A stretch of 64,000 nt of DNA. It comes from the human T2T-CHM13v2.0 reference genome, Homo sapiens. The DNA is taken from contig CP086569.2 of the NCBI GenBank assembly GCA_009914755.4, forward strand, positions 288,001 through 352,000, in the 5' to 3' direction. This document shows positions 33,551 through 46,430 of the stretch, piece by piece. The translations under genes were made by a program, and so were the position numbers. Under the pieces are notes generated by a model. The model had not been told where the DNA came from. It searched no databases and worked only from the letters and a program-made list of their open reading frames with translations. Position 1 is the stretch's first letter; each line of letters begins with the position of its first letter.

Positions 33551-34165
33551 GACGTCTGCACAGGCATCAGTTGGGTAAAGGATGTTCCCGTGTTGTACCT
33601 GGAGCGAGTTAGAGAAAACGCCACACTTTGAGACGAATTAAGAGTCCGTTTATTTAGCCGGCGGCCAAGAGACGGCTAACGCTCAAAGTTCTCTCGGCCC
33701 CGAAGAAGGGGCTAGATTTTTTTTTTATACTTTGGTTTAGAAAGGGGAGGGGGATCTAGCGAAAACCATTTTACAGAAATAAAGTAGGCAAAAAAGTTAA
33801 AAGGATAAATGGTTACAGGGAAGTAAACAGGTGCAGGGCCTTTAAGACTATTACAAGGTGATAGACGCAGGGCTTCGGGCGTTAGTAATCAGACGAATTC
33901 CTGGGAATTGCGGATATAGCTCGCCACAGTATCTTATCAGTTAATTGCATTCTTGGATGTGCTGGGAGTCAGCTTGCACGAGTTCAGTCCTTGAGGAAGG
34001 GGCTGCCAGTGAAAGAGCCATGATGGAGTCTGTCTGGTTCTCTTAGCTAAGGGTGAGTCCATTCAGGTGGAAACAAGGCTAGGTGATTGAAGGAAAAGGG
34101 AGAGTCTAAAAACAGGGTTAGTAAAAAGGAGGTTGGGCATTACAGGTGAAACCCCGTCTGCCCGA

Positions 34166-34262
34166 GCCAGCAAACGCTGCTCACCCGTGACAGGTGCAGA
34201 CCCGGTCTCCGGCTGGTCCTGCCTCCTGGCCTCCTTCCCGAAGCATCCAGCCTTCCGGAGCA
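34166..34262 (-). repeat. Right arm of the long inverted repeat (partner at 33410-33550)
   Basis: See the partner feature. The ORF-track peptides SFPKHPAFRS and VTGEQ(H/R)LLA appear on opposite strands at the two arms. Confidence 0.85.
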
Positions 34263-34856
34263 CAGGCAGACGGGTACAGGATGGTCCCCAGGCCCTCATT
34301 CACTTGGAAGCAACAGGAGAAAATCCTCTATTGCATTTCTGCAGCCGTCCGCATTTCTGCGCACAGAGACGGTTAAATGCTTGTCATTTAACTTGTCATT
34401 CTCTCCATAACACAGTGTTCTATTTTTATTTCCATCGGTGCAAAGCTCATCACTCTCCGTCCCCTCCTGCCTGGGATGCTTGCAGCCCCCTTCCTGAGAC
34501 GGTGGCGATCCCCCAGTACCAGATTTTTGGTGATCCCAGGGGGCCACGGGCTGTGCCTGGCATCTCTCTCATGAAACATCTCTTTTTCTTGTGATCATTT
34601 AAAATTCATCCTCGCTCCAAAGAAGGTATCTGTGTAGCAGTGTTGCCTCCGTGAGCCGTCCTGATTTTTTTTTTCCGGTATTTCAAAGGGAGGTTAGGGG
34701 ATCGGGTTATTTTTGGTGAGAACAGCGGGAAACCAAGCCTTGACTTCTGGAGTCCCTGGGGTGCAGGAGAGGGGTCTCTGAGGACCATGGTGGGAAAATA
34801 ACTCATCCCTCCTTTGGTCATCTTTGGAGATGAGCTGAAACCAGGCGGGGCTCTAG

Positions 34857-35186
<330 letters not shown>

Positions 35187-35584
35187 CCAAAGATGCCTTT
35201 TAATAAACAAGGTATTTGGGAGGCTGAAGAGGGTGGATGACCTGAGGTCAGGAGTTCGAGACCAGCCTGGGATGACAGGCGTGAGCCACCGCGCCCGGCC
35301 TCATGCCTCCTGTTTTTAGGACATACAGGGTAACTTCCTGCGTGGCTATGACATCTGTAAATGGTCCTGGTGCTGGTGGGAGTGTCTTTTAGCAGCAAAT
35401 GAATTACAGTTAGTGTAAGGTACAATTAGTGCGGTGAGGACAACCTGAGGTCACTTTCGTTGCCATCTTGGTTTTGGCGGGATTTGGCCGGCTTCTTCAC
35501 TGCGAGCTGTTTTATCAGCAACTCTTTATGACCTCTGTCTTGTGCCAACCTCCTATCTCAACCTGTAGGTTAGAATGCCTTAAC

Positions 35585-36115
35585 CTGGGGAGGCCGAGGC
35601 AGGTGGATCACCTGAGGTTGGGAGTTCCAGATCAGCCTGACCAACATAGCGAGACCCCGTCTCTACTAAAAATACAAAATTAGCCAGGCGTGGAGGTGCA
35701 TGCCTGTAATCCCAGAACTTTCGGAGGCCAAGGCGGGCGGATCACCTGAGGTCGGGAGTTTGAGACCAGCCTGACCAACATGGCGAAACCCCGTCTCTAC
35801 TAAAAATACAAAATTAGCCGGGCGTGGAGGCTCGCACCTGCAATCCCAGAACTTTGGGAGGCCAAGGTGGGTGGATCACGAGGTCAGGAGTTCAAGACCA
35901 GCCTGGCCAGCACGGTGAAACCCCGTCTGTAATAAAAATACAAAAATTAGCCGGGCGTGTGGTGGCGCGTGCCTGTAATCCCAGCTACTCAGGAGGCTGA
36001 GGCAGGAGAATCGCTTGAACCCGGGAGGCGGAGCTTGCAGTGGAGCTGAGATTGCACCACTGCACTCTAGCCTGGGTGAGAGAGCGAGACTCTGTCTTAA
36101 AAAAAAGAAAAAAAA
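35585..36115 (+). repeat. Alu-derived tandem array, plus: about 3.5 copies of a unit of about 127 bp from an Alu left monomer, then a complete right arm and poly-A
   Basis: The unit gg(a/g)ggcc(g/a)agg(c/t)(g/a)gg(t/c)ggatcac(c/g)(t/a)gaggt(t/c)(g/a)ggagtt(c/t)(c/g)aga(t/c)cagcctg(a/g)cca(a/g)ca(t/c)(a/g)g(c/t)gaaaccccgtct(c/g)ta(c/a)taaaaatacaaaa(t)tagcc(a/g)ggcgtgg repeats at about 35590, 35715, 35842 and 35965. The array ends in ...gcactctagcctgggtgagagagcgagactctgtcttaaaaaaaagaaaaaaaaaaa. Confidence 0.88.
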
Positions 36116-36439
36116 AAATCTGAACCTTCTGAGAATGCAGCCCAGAAGGTCTCAGCCTCATTTTACCCAGCCCCTGTTGAAAGTGGAGTTGCTTTACTTC
36201 CAACACCTCTGACACTGCTGTTTGGGAATCTTCCGAATGATTAGAGAGTTATAGAAAGTTAAGGCGCCTTGATCCGGAGAAGCTGGTGCCGTCTCTCTCA
36301 TGGCGTCTGTGGGACAATTGTCCGGGAAGAGGGCGGCTCTGGGCACTCCGGGGGGCTGGAGGTGGGAGCTTCGTATCCTGGAGGTGGCTGTGTGTTTTGG
36401 AGACTCATTGTACCACATAAAACACCCTTAAATATCCTT

Positions 36440-37192
<753 letters not shown>

Positions 37193-37194
37193 CA

Positions 37195-37851
<657 letters not shown>

Positions 37852-37924
37852 TAAGCTGTATGCCGGATGCATACGGCCGGCCTATAGTTTCTGCAAATCC
37901 AGAAAAGCTTACTGCAACTGCAGA

Positions 37925-40900
37925 AAGAAAAAAAAAAGAAAGAGAGAAAGAGAGAGAGAGAAGGAGGGAGGGAGGGAGGAAGGAAGGAGAGGGAGGGAGG
38001 GAAGGAAGGAAGGAAAGAAGGAAGGAAAGAAGGAAGGAAGGAGAGGGAGGGAGGAAGGAAGGAAGCAGAGGGAGGAAGGAAGGAGAGGGAGGAAGGAAAG
38101 AAGGAAGGAGACAGAGGGAGGAAGGAGAGGGAGGAAGGAAGGAGAGGGAGGGAGGAAGGAAGGAAGGAGACAGAGGGAGGAAGGAGAGGGAGGAAGGAAG
38201 GAGAGGGAGGGAGGAAGGAGAGGGAGGAAGGAAGGAGAGGGAGGGAGGAAGGAAGGAAGCAGAGGGAGGAAGGAAGGAGAGGGAGGAAGGAAAGAAGGAA
38301 GGAGACAGAGGGAGGAAGGAGAGGGAGGAAGGAAGGAGAGGGAGGGAGGAAGGAGAGGGAGGAAGGAAGGAGAGGGAGGGAGGGAAGGAAGGAAGGAAAG
38401 AAGGAAGGAAAGAAGGAAGGAAGGAGAGGGAGGGAGGAAGGAAGGAAGGAGAGGGAGGAAGGAAAGAAGGAAGGAGAGGGAGGGAGGAAGGAGAGGGAGG
38501 GAGGAAGGAAGGAAGGAGACAGAGGGAGGAAGGAGAGGGAGGAAGGAAGGAGAGGGAGGGAGGAAGGAAGGAAGGAGACAGAGGGAGGAAGGAGAGGGAG
38601 GAAGGAAGGAGAGGGAGGGAGGAAGGAAGGAAGGAGACAGAGGGAGGAAGGAGAGGGAGGAAGGAAGGAGAGGGAGGGAGGAAGGAAGGAAGGAGACAGA
38701 GGGAGGAAGGAGAGGGAGGAAGGAAGGAGAGGGAGGGAGGAAGGAGAGGGAGGAAGGAAGGAGAGGGAGGGAGGGAAGGAAGGAAGGAAAGAAGGAAGGA
38801 AAGAAGGAAGGAAGGAGAGGGAGGGAGGAAGGAAGGAAGGAGAGGGAGGAAGGAAAGAAGGAAGGAGAGGGAGGGAGGAAGGAGAGGGAGGGAGGAAGGA
38901 AGGAAGGAGACAGAGGGAGGAAGGAGAGGGAGGAAGGAAGGAGAGGGAGGGAGGAAGGAAGGAAGGAGACAGAGGGAGGAAGGAGAGGGAGGAAGGAAGG
39001 AGAGGGAGGGAGGAAGGAAGGAAGGAGACAGAGGGAGGAAGGAGAGGGAGGAAGGAAGGAGAGGGAGGGAGGAAGGAAGGAAGGAGACAGAGGGAGGAAG
39101 GAGAGGGAGGAAGGAAGGAGAGGGAGGGAGGAAGGAGAGGGAGGGAGGAAGGAGAGGGAGGAAGGAAGGAAGGAAGGAGACAGAGGGAGGAAGGAGAGGG
39201 AGGAAGGAAGGAGAGGGAGGGAGGAAGGAAGGAAGGACACAGAGGGAGGAAGGAGAGGGAGGAAGGAAGGAGAGGGAGGGAGGAAGGAAGGAAGGAGACA
39301 GAGGGAGGAAGGAGAGGGAGGAAGGAAGGAGAGGGAGGGAGGAAGGAGAGGGAGGGAGGAAGGAAGGAGAGGGAGGAAGGAAGGAAGGAGACAGGGAGGA
39401 AGGAGAGGGAGGGAGGAAGGAGAGGGAGGGAGGAAGGAAGGAAGGAGACAGAGGGAGGAAGGAGAGGGAGGGAGGAAGGAGAGGGAGGGAGGAAGGAGAG
39501 GGAGGGAGGAAGGAGAGGGAGGAAGGAAGAGGGAGGAAGGAAGGAGAGGGAGGGAGGAAGGAGAGGGAGGGAGGAAGGAGAGGGAGGGAGGAAGGAGAGG
39601 GAGGGAGGAAGGAGAGGGAGGGAGGAAGGAGAGGGAGGGAGGAAGGAGACAGAGGGAGGAAGGAGAGGGAGGAAGGAAGGAGAGGGAGGGAGGAAGGAGA
39701 GGGAGGGAGGAAGGAGAGGGAGGAAGGAAGGAAGGAAGGAGACAGAGGGAGGAAGGAGAGGGAGGAAGGAAGGAGAGGGAGGGAGGAAGGAAGGAAGGAG
39801 TCAGAGGGAGGAAGGAGAGGGAGGAAGGAAGGAGAGGGAGGGAGGAAGGAGAGGGAGGGAGGAAGGAGAGGGAGGGAGGAAGGAAGGAAGGAGACAGAGG
39901 GAGGAAGGAGAGGGAGGAAGGAAGGAGAGGGAGGGAGGAAGGAAGGAAGGACACAGAGGGAGGAAGGAGAGGGAGGAAGGAAGGAGAGGGAGGGAGGAAG
40001 GAAGGAAGGAGACAGAGGGAGGAAGGAGAGGGAGGAAGGAAGGAGAGGGAGGGAGGAAGGAGAGGGAGGGAGGAAGGAGAGGGAGGGAGGAAGGAAGGAG
40101 AGGGAGGAAGGAAGGAAGGAGACAGAGGGAGGAAGGAGAGGGAGGGAGGAAGGAGAGGGAGGGAGGAAGGAAGGAAGGAGACAGAGGGAGGAAGGAGAGG
40201 GAGGAAGGAAGGAGAGGGAGGGAGGAAGGAGAGGGAGGAAGGAGAGGGAGGAAGGAGAGGGAGGAAGGAAGGAGACAGAGGGAGGAAGGAGAGGGAGGGA
40301 GGAAGGAGAGGGAGGGAGGAAGGAGAGGGAGGAAGGAAGGAGAGGGAGGAAGGAAGGAAGGAAGGAGACAGAGGTAGGAAGGAGAGGGAGGAAGGAAGGA
40401 GAGGGAGGGAGGAAGGAAGGAAGGAGACAGAGGGAGGAAGGAGAGGGAGGAAGGAAGGAGAGGGAGGGAGGAAGGAGAGGGAGGAAGGAAGGAGACAGAG
40501 GGAGGAAGGAGAGGGAGGAAGGAAGGAGAGGGAGGGAGGAAGGAGAGGGAGGAAGGAAGGAGACAGAGGGAGGAAGGAGAGGGAGGAAGGAAGGAGAGGG
40601 AGGGAGGAAGGAGAGGGAGGAAGGAAGGAGACAGAGGGAGGAAGGAGAGAGAGGAAGGAAGGAGAGGGAGGGAGGAAGGAGAGGGAGGAAGGAAGGAGAC
40701 AGAGGGAGGAAGGAGAGGGAGGAAGGAAGGAGAGGGAGGGAGGAAGGAGAGGGAGGAAGGAAGGAGACAGAGGGAGGAAGGAGAGGGAGGAAGGAAGGAG
40801 AGGGAGGGAGGAAGGAAGGAAGGAGACAGAGGGAGGAAGGAAGGAAGGAGACAGAGGGAGGAAGGAGAGGGAGGAAGGAAGGAGAGGGAGGGAGGAAGGA

Positions 40901-43445
40901 GAGGGAGGGAGGAAGGAGAGGGAGGAAGGAAGGAGACAGAGGGAGGAAGGAGAGGGAGGAAGGAAGGAGAGGGAGGGAGGAAGGAGAGGGAGGAAGGAAG
41001 GAGACAGAGGGAGGAAGGAGAGGGAGGAAGGAAGGAGAGGGAGGGAGGAAGGAGAGGGAGGAAGGAAGGAGACAGAGGGAGGAAGGAGAGGGAGGAAGGA
41101 AGGAGAGGGAGGGAGGAAGGAAGGAAGGAGACAGAGGGAGGAAGGAAGGAAGGAGACAGAGGGAGGAAGGAGAGGGAGGAAGGAAGTAGAGGGAGGGAGG
41201 AAGGAGAGGGAGGGAGGAAGGAGAGGGAGGAAGGAAGGAGACAGAGGGAGGAAGGAGAGGGAGGAAGGAAGGAGAGGGAGGGAGGAAGGAGAGGGAGGAA
41301 GGAAGGAGACAGAGGGAGGAAGGAGAGGGAGGAAGGAAGGAGAGGGAGGGAGGAAGGAGAGGGAGGAAGGAAGGAGACAGAGGGAGGAAGGAGAGGGAGG
41401 AAGGAAGGAGAGGGAGGAAGGAAGGAGAGGGAGGAAGGAAGGAGACAGAGGGAGGAAGGAGAGGGAGGAAGGAAGGAGAGGGAGGGAGGAAGGAAGGAAG
41501 GAGACAGAGGGAGGAAGGAGAGGGAGGAAGGAAGGAGAGGGAGGAAGGAAGGAAGGAAGGAGACAGAGGGAGGAAGGAAGGAAGGAGACAGAGGGAGGAA
41601 GGAGAGGGAGGAAGGAAGGAGAGGGAGGGAGGAAGGAAGGAAGGAGACAGAGGGAGGAAGGAAGGAAGGAGACAGAGGGAGGAAGGAGAGGGAGGGAGGA
41701 AGGAGAGGGAGGGAGGAAGGAAGGAAGGAGACGGAGGAAGGAAGGAGAGGGAGGGAGGAAGGAAGGAAGGAGATGGAGGAAGGAAGGAGAGGGAGGAAGG
41801 AAGGAGAGGGAGGAAGGAAGGAGAGGGAGGAAGGAAGGAGAGGGAGGAAGGAAGGAGAGGGAGGAAGGAAGGAGAGGGAGGGAGGAAGGAAGGAGATAGA
41901 GGGAGGAAGGAGAGGGAGGGAGGAAGGAGAGGGAGGGAGGAAGGAAGGAAGGAGAGGGAGGGAGGAAGGAGAGGGAGGGAGGAAGGAAGGAGAGGGAGGA
42001 AGGAGAGGGAGGGAGGAAGGAAGGAGAGGGAGGGAGGAAGGAAGGAGATGGAGGGAGGAAGGAGACGGAGGAAGGAAGGAGAGGGAGGGAGGAAGGAAGG
42101 AAGGAGACGGAGGAAGGAAGGAGAGGGAGGGAGGAAGGAAGGAGACGGAGGAAGGAGACGGAGGAAGGAAGGAGAGGGAGGAAGGAAGGAAGGAAGGAGA
42201 TGGAGGAAGGAAGGAGAGGGAGGAAGGAAGGAGGGAAGGGAGGGAGGAAGGAAGGAGACAGAGGGAGGAAGGAGACAGAGGGAGGAAGGAGAGGGAGGGA
42301 GGAAGGAAGGAAGGAAGGAGAGGGAGGAAGGAAGGAAGGAAGGAGACAGAGGGAGGAAGGAAGGAGACGGAGGAAGGAAGGAGAGGGAGGGAGGAAGGAA
42401 GGAAGGAGATGGAGGAAGGAAGGAGAGGGAGGAAGGAAGGAGAGGGAGGGAGGAAGGAAGGAAGGAGACGGAGGAAGGAAGGAGAGGGAGGGAGGAAGGA
42501 AGGAGACGGAGGAAGGAGACGGAGGAAGGAAGGAGAGGGAGGAAGGAAGGAAGGAGATGGAGGAAGGAAGGAGAGGGAGGAAGGAAGGAGGGAAGGGAGG
42601 GAGGAAGGAAGGAGAGGGAGGGAAGGAAGGAGAGGGAGGGAGGAAGGAGGGAAGGGAGGGAGGAAGGAAGGAGAGGGAGGGAGGAAGGAAGGAGACGGAG
42701 GAAGGAGAGGGAGGAAGGAAGGAGAGGGAGGAAGGAAGGAAGGAGAGGGAGGAAGGAAGGGAAGGGAGGAAGGAAGGGAAGGGAGGGAGGAAGGAAGGAA
42801 GGAGACGGAGGAAGGAAGGAGAGGGAGGGAGGAAGGAAGGAGACGGAGGAAGGAGACGGAGGAAGGAAGGAGAGGGAGGAAGGAAGGAAGGAAGGAGATG
42901 GAGGAAGGAAGGAGAGGGAGGAAGGAAGGAGGGAAGGGAGGGAGGAAGGAAGGAGAGGGAGGGAAGGAAGGAGAGGGAGGAAGGAAGGAGAGGGAGGGAG
43001 GAAGGAGGGAAGGGAGGGAGGAAGGAAGGAGAGGGAGGGAGGAAGGAAGGAGACGGAGGAAGGAGAGGGAGGAAGGAAGGAGAGGGAGGAAGGAAGGAAG
43101 GAGAGGGAGGAAGGAAGGGAAGGGAGGAAGGAAGGGAAGGGAGGGAGGAAGGAAGGAGAGGGAGGAAGGAAGGAAAGAGAGGGAGGAAGGAAGGGAAGGG
43201 AGGAAGGAAGGGAAGGGAGGGAGGAAGGAAGGAGAGGGAGGAAGGAAGGAGAGGGAGGAAGGAAGGGAAGGGAGGGAGGAAGGAAGGAGAGGGAGGAAGG
43301 AAGGAGAGGGAGGAAGGAAGGAAGGAAGGAGATGGAGGAAGGAAGGAGAGGGAGGAAGGAAGGAGGGAAGGGAGGGAGGAAGGAAGCAGAGGGAGGGAAG
43401 GAAGGAAGGAGGGGAGGGAGGAAGGAAAGAAAGAAGGAAGGAAGA
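37925..43445. repeat. Giant polypurine (GGAA/GGGA/GAGG) tandem array of about 5.5 kb, purine on plus and pyrimidine on minus, with two sub-domains: 37925-41770 and 41770-43445
   Basis: Domain 1 units such as ggaaggaaggagacagagggaggaaggagagggaggaaggaaggagagggagggag are reiterated about 60-70 times with small length variants. Domain 2 switches to gacggagg/gatggagg/gggaagggagg variants (ggaaggagacggaggaaggaaggagagggagggaggaag...). The plus strand is essentially 100% A+G apart from scattered C/T in gacag/gacgg/gatgg. The 1109-aa (+), 681-aa (-) and 596-aa ORFs are stop-free read-through (E/G/R/K on plus, S/L/P/F on minus). Confidence 0.97.
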
Positions 43446-43753
43446 TTCTAATTCAAATCAGTTGCTTAAGAGGGAGAGATCAGGAAGTTCCCAACTAAAG
43501 TGCTGGGGTGACAGGTGTGAGCCACCATGCCCGGCCAGGTTCCCCAGCTGTTTGGACAAGTAGTAACAAGTAGCTAACTGCAAATGCACAAAGAAAGAAG
43601 GAGGAAAGAAAGAAAGAGAGAGAGAGAAGGAAGAAAGGAAAGAGAAAGAAGAAAAGAAAAAACCAATTCTAATTCAAATCAGTTGCTTAAGAGGGAGAGA
43701 TCAGGAAGAAAGAAAGAAGGAAAGAGAAAGAAAGGAAAAGAAGAAAGAAAGAG

Positions 43754-43808
<55 letters not shown>

Positions 43809-43860
43809 AAAACAAATCCTAATTCAAATCACTTGCTTAAGAGGGAGAAATAAGGCAATT
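43443..43860. repeat. Composite flank: a 40-bp motif (ttctaattcaaatcagttgcttaagagggagagatcagg) repeated 3 times, interleaved with (GAAA)n/(GA)n tracts and an Alu-end-like piece
   Basis: Copies sit at about 43447, about 43668 and about 43815, the last as ...tcctaattcaaatcacttgcttaagagggagaaataagg. (aagaaaga)n runs lie at 43600-43660 and 43700-43810. aaagtgctggggtgacaggtgtgagccaccatgcccggccagg at about 43497-43545 is an Alu 5'-end reverse complement. Confidence 0.85.
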
Positions 43861-44697
43861 TCCCACCAGGAGGATGCCGTCTAGATCGGACGGTGTTGTT
43901 GGTACGGGACCTGACTCTGAAGTCACTAACAAAACTCCCAGGCTTTGTGCAAAGGAGAACCTCTAAGCCCCCGGGAACGGCGTTTTCTCGCTCGCCACCA
44001 TGAGTCTGGCTGGCTCGCCTCCTTGTAGAACGAGGTGGCCGCAAGTTTGGCGGCCTCTGGAGAAACGGCGGTGCATTTGTTGACGTAAGAAGTAATGTAG
44101 AGGGTGGGGGAGTGTCTGTTCCATGATAATTTCTGAATAGTGCGTTTCTCCGGAGCCATACATCATTGTCAAGTCAGAAGATTACACGTACCGTTGCCTT
44201 TGTGAACCGGGGACTCGGGGTGGGGGCAAATGTCCCCAAATGCAAATCCGCCTGGTAGATAGAGTGAGATAGATATGAATGTAGACACCACGGGTCTCCT
44301 TCCCCGACAACCCACCTTTTTTTGTTTGTTTGTTTTAGGTGATTCAGGGACAAAGCTTTCCTGGAACAACAAGGCTGAAATTACATCATCATTGCAGACG
44401 TCCGTCGGCAAGCGGCGTTTTATTTCAAGGCTAGGAGCTGAAATGATCGTGTTCAGTCACGCACACCGTCTATGATAAGGTAGGTCTGGGCGGGAAGGGA
44501 GGTGCAGAATACATGCAATCATTCATCGAGATGAAAATAAAGTCAATCGAGCGCTCTCCCCCTGGAGGGAACAGGAAGGCAAACGTTTGTCTGGCTGAAA
44601 ACACAGGCAAAAAAATTTAGACGTTGTCTATAGCTGCAACCAGATTTGGAGACAGAGGCCAAGCACCTGAATCGTTGCCCCAACTTTCTAGTTTTAA

Positions 44698-45040
<343 letters not shown>

Positions 45041-45284
45041 CTACACACACGTTTATATACACACATACCTGACCATATATATGCATACATCTATATTTAT
45101 CACACATACGTACATAGATGTATGGATTTTGTTACAGACAGAAACTTAATTTAACCATCTCTGACACATTGCTTCTTAAATTATAAAGCCACTTTCCCAC
45201 TTTCCCGATATCCACTGGTGGCACACTGAATCTGAGTTAGTTCTAAATGTTTCAATGCGATTGTGTGTATATATGCCTTCCTAG

Positions 45285-46430
45285 AATGGGATGTATACAG
45301 CTGGCCTGTGGTCTCTCCCTCCCTAGAGTGAGATGTATACGGTTGGCCTGCAGTCTGTCTTTCTAGTGTGGGATGTATACAGCTGGCCTGTTGTCTCCCT
45401 CTGTAGAGTGGGATGTATACAGCCGGCCTGCGGTTTCTTTCTTCCTAGAGTGGGATGTATACAGCCGGCCTGTGGTCTGTCTCTCTAGTGTGGGATGTAT
45501 ACAGTTGGCCTGTGGTGTTTCTCCCTAGAGGGGGATGTATATAGTCAGCCCGTGGTTTCTTTCTTCCTAGTGTGGGATGTATACAGCCGGCCTATGGTCT
45601 GTCTCTCTAGTGTGGGATGTATACAGCTGGCCTGTGGCCTCCCTCTCTAGAGTGGGATGTATACAGTTGGTCTGTGGTCTCTTCCTCCCTAGAGTGGAAT
45701 GTATACAGCCGGCCTGTGGTCTCTCTTTCTAGAGAAGGATGTATACAGCCGGCCTGTGGTCTCCCTCCCAGGAGTGGAATGTATACAGTCGGCCTGCGGT
45801 CTCCCTCCCAGGAGTGGGATGTATACAGCCGGCCTGTGGTCTCTCTTTCTAGAGAAGGATGTATACAGCAGCCTGCGGTCTCCCTCCCAGGAGTGGAATG
45901 TATACAGCCGGCCTGTGCTCTCCCTCCCAGGAGTGATATGTATACAGCCGGCCTGTGGTCTCCCTCCCTAGAGTGATATGTATACAGTTGGCCTGTGGTC
46001 TCCCTCCCAGGAGTGGGATGTATACAGCCGGCCTGTGGTCTCTCTTTCTAGAGAAGGATGTATACAGCCGGCCTGTGGTCTCCCTCCCAGGAGTGGGATG
46101 TATACAGCAGCCTGCGGTCTCCCTCCCAGGAGTGGAATGTATACAGCCGGCCTGTGGTCTCTCTTTCTAGAGAAGGATGTATACAGCCGGCCTGTGGTCT
46201 CCCTCCCAGGAGTGGGATGTATACAGCAGCCTGCGGTCTCCCTCCCAGGATTGGAATGTATACAGCCGGCCTGTGGTCTCCCTCCCTAGAGTGATATGTA
46301 TACAGTCGGCCTGTGGTCTCCCTCCCTAGAGTGATATGTATACAGTCGGCCTGTGGTCTCCCTCCCAGGAGTGGGATGTATACAGTCGGCCTGTGGCCTT
46401 CCTGCCTGGTGTGTATACAGCAGGCCTGTA
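45285..46430. repeat. 40-bp minisatellite, about 28 copies (gagtgggatgtatacagccggcctgtggtctccctcccag and variants)
   Basis: Regular repetition of (a/g)agtgg(g/a)atgtatacag(c/t)(c/t)ggcctg(t/c)ggtctc(c/t)ct(c/t)(c/t)c(t/c)ag. Variants include ...agagaaggatgtatacag..., a 34-bp form lacking cg (...atgtatacagcagcctgcggtctccctcccagg) and ...agtgatatgtatacag.... The track ORFs repeat MYTAGLWSPSLEWDVYSRPVVSL. Confidence 0.96.

Noticed and set aside
35205-35300. Odd chimeric Alu piece: a plus-oriented left-arm fragment (gggaggctgaagagggtggatgacctgaggtcaggagttcgagaccagcctgg) fused directly to a minus-oriented Alu 5' end (gatgacaggcgtgagccaccgcgcccggcc)
   Set aside because: Probably a small Alu-Alu rearrangement scar or the edge of the adjacent Alu at 34895-35186. 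It is too short (about 90 bp) to interpret, and I did not list it as a feature.
37860-43563. Very long ORFs (1109 aa on plus, 681 aa on minus, 596/467/432 aa on plus) suggesting giant E/G/R/K-rich or S/L/P/F-rich proteins
   Set aside because: They coincide exactly with the polypurine tandem array and are open on both strands and in multiple frames simultaneously. The composition is dictated by the GGAA/GGGA repeat with no start context, domain-like sequence or flanking exon, so this is translation of low-complexity DNA.
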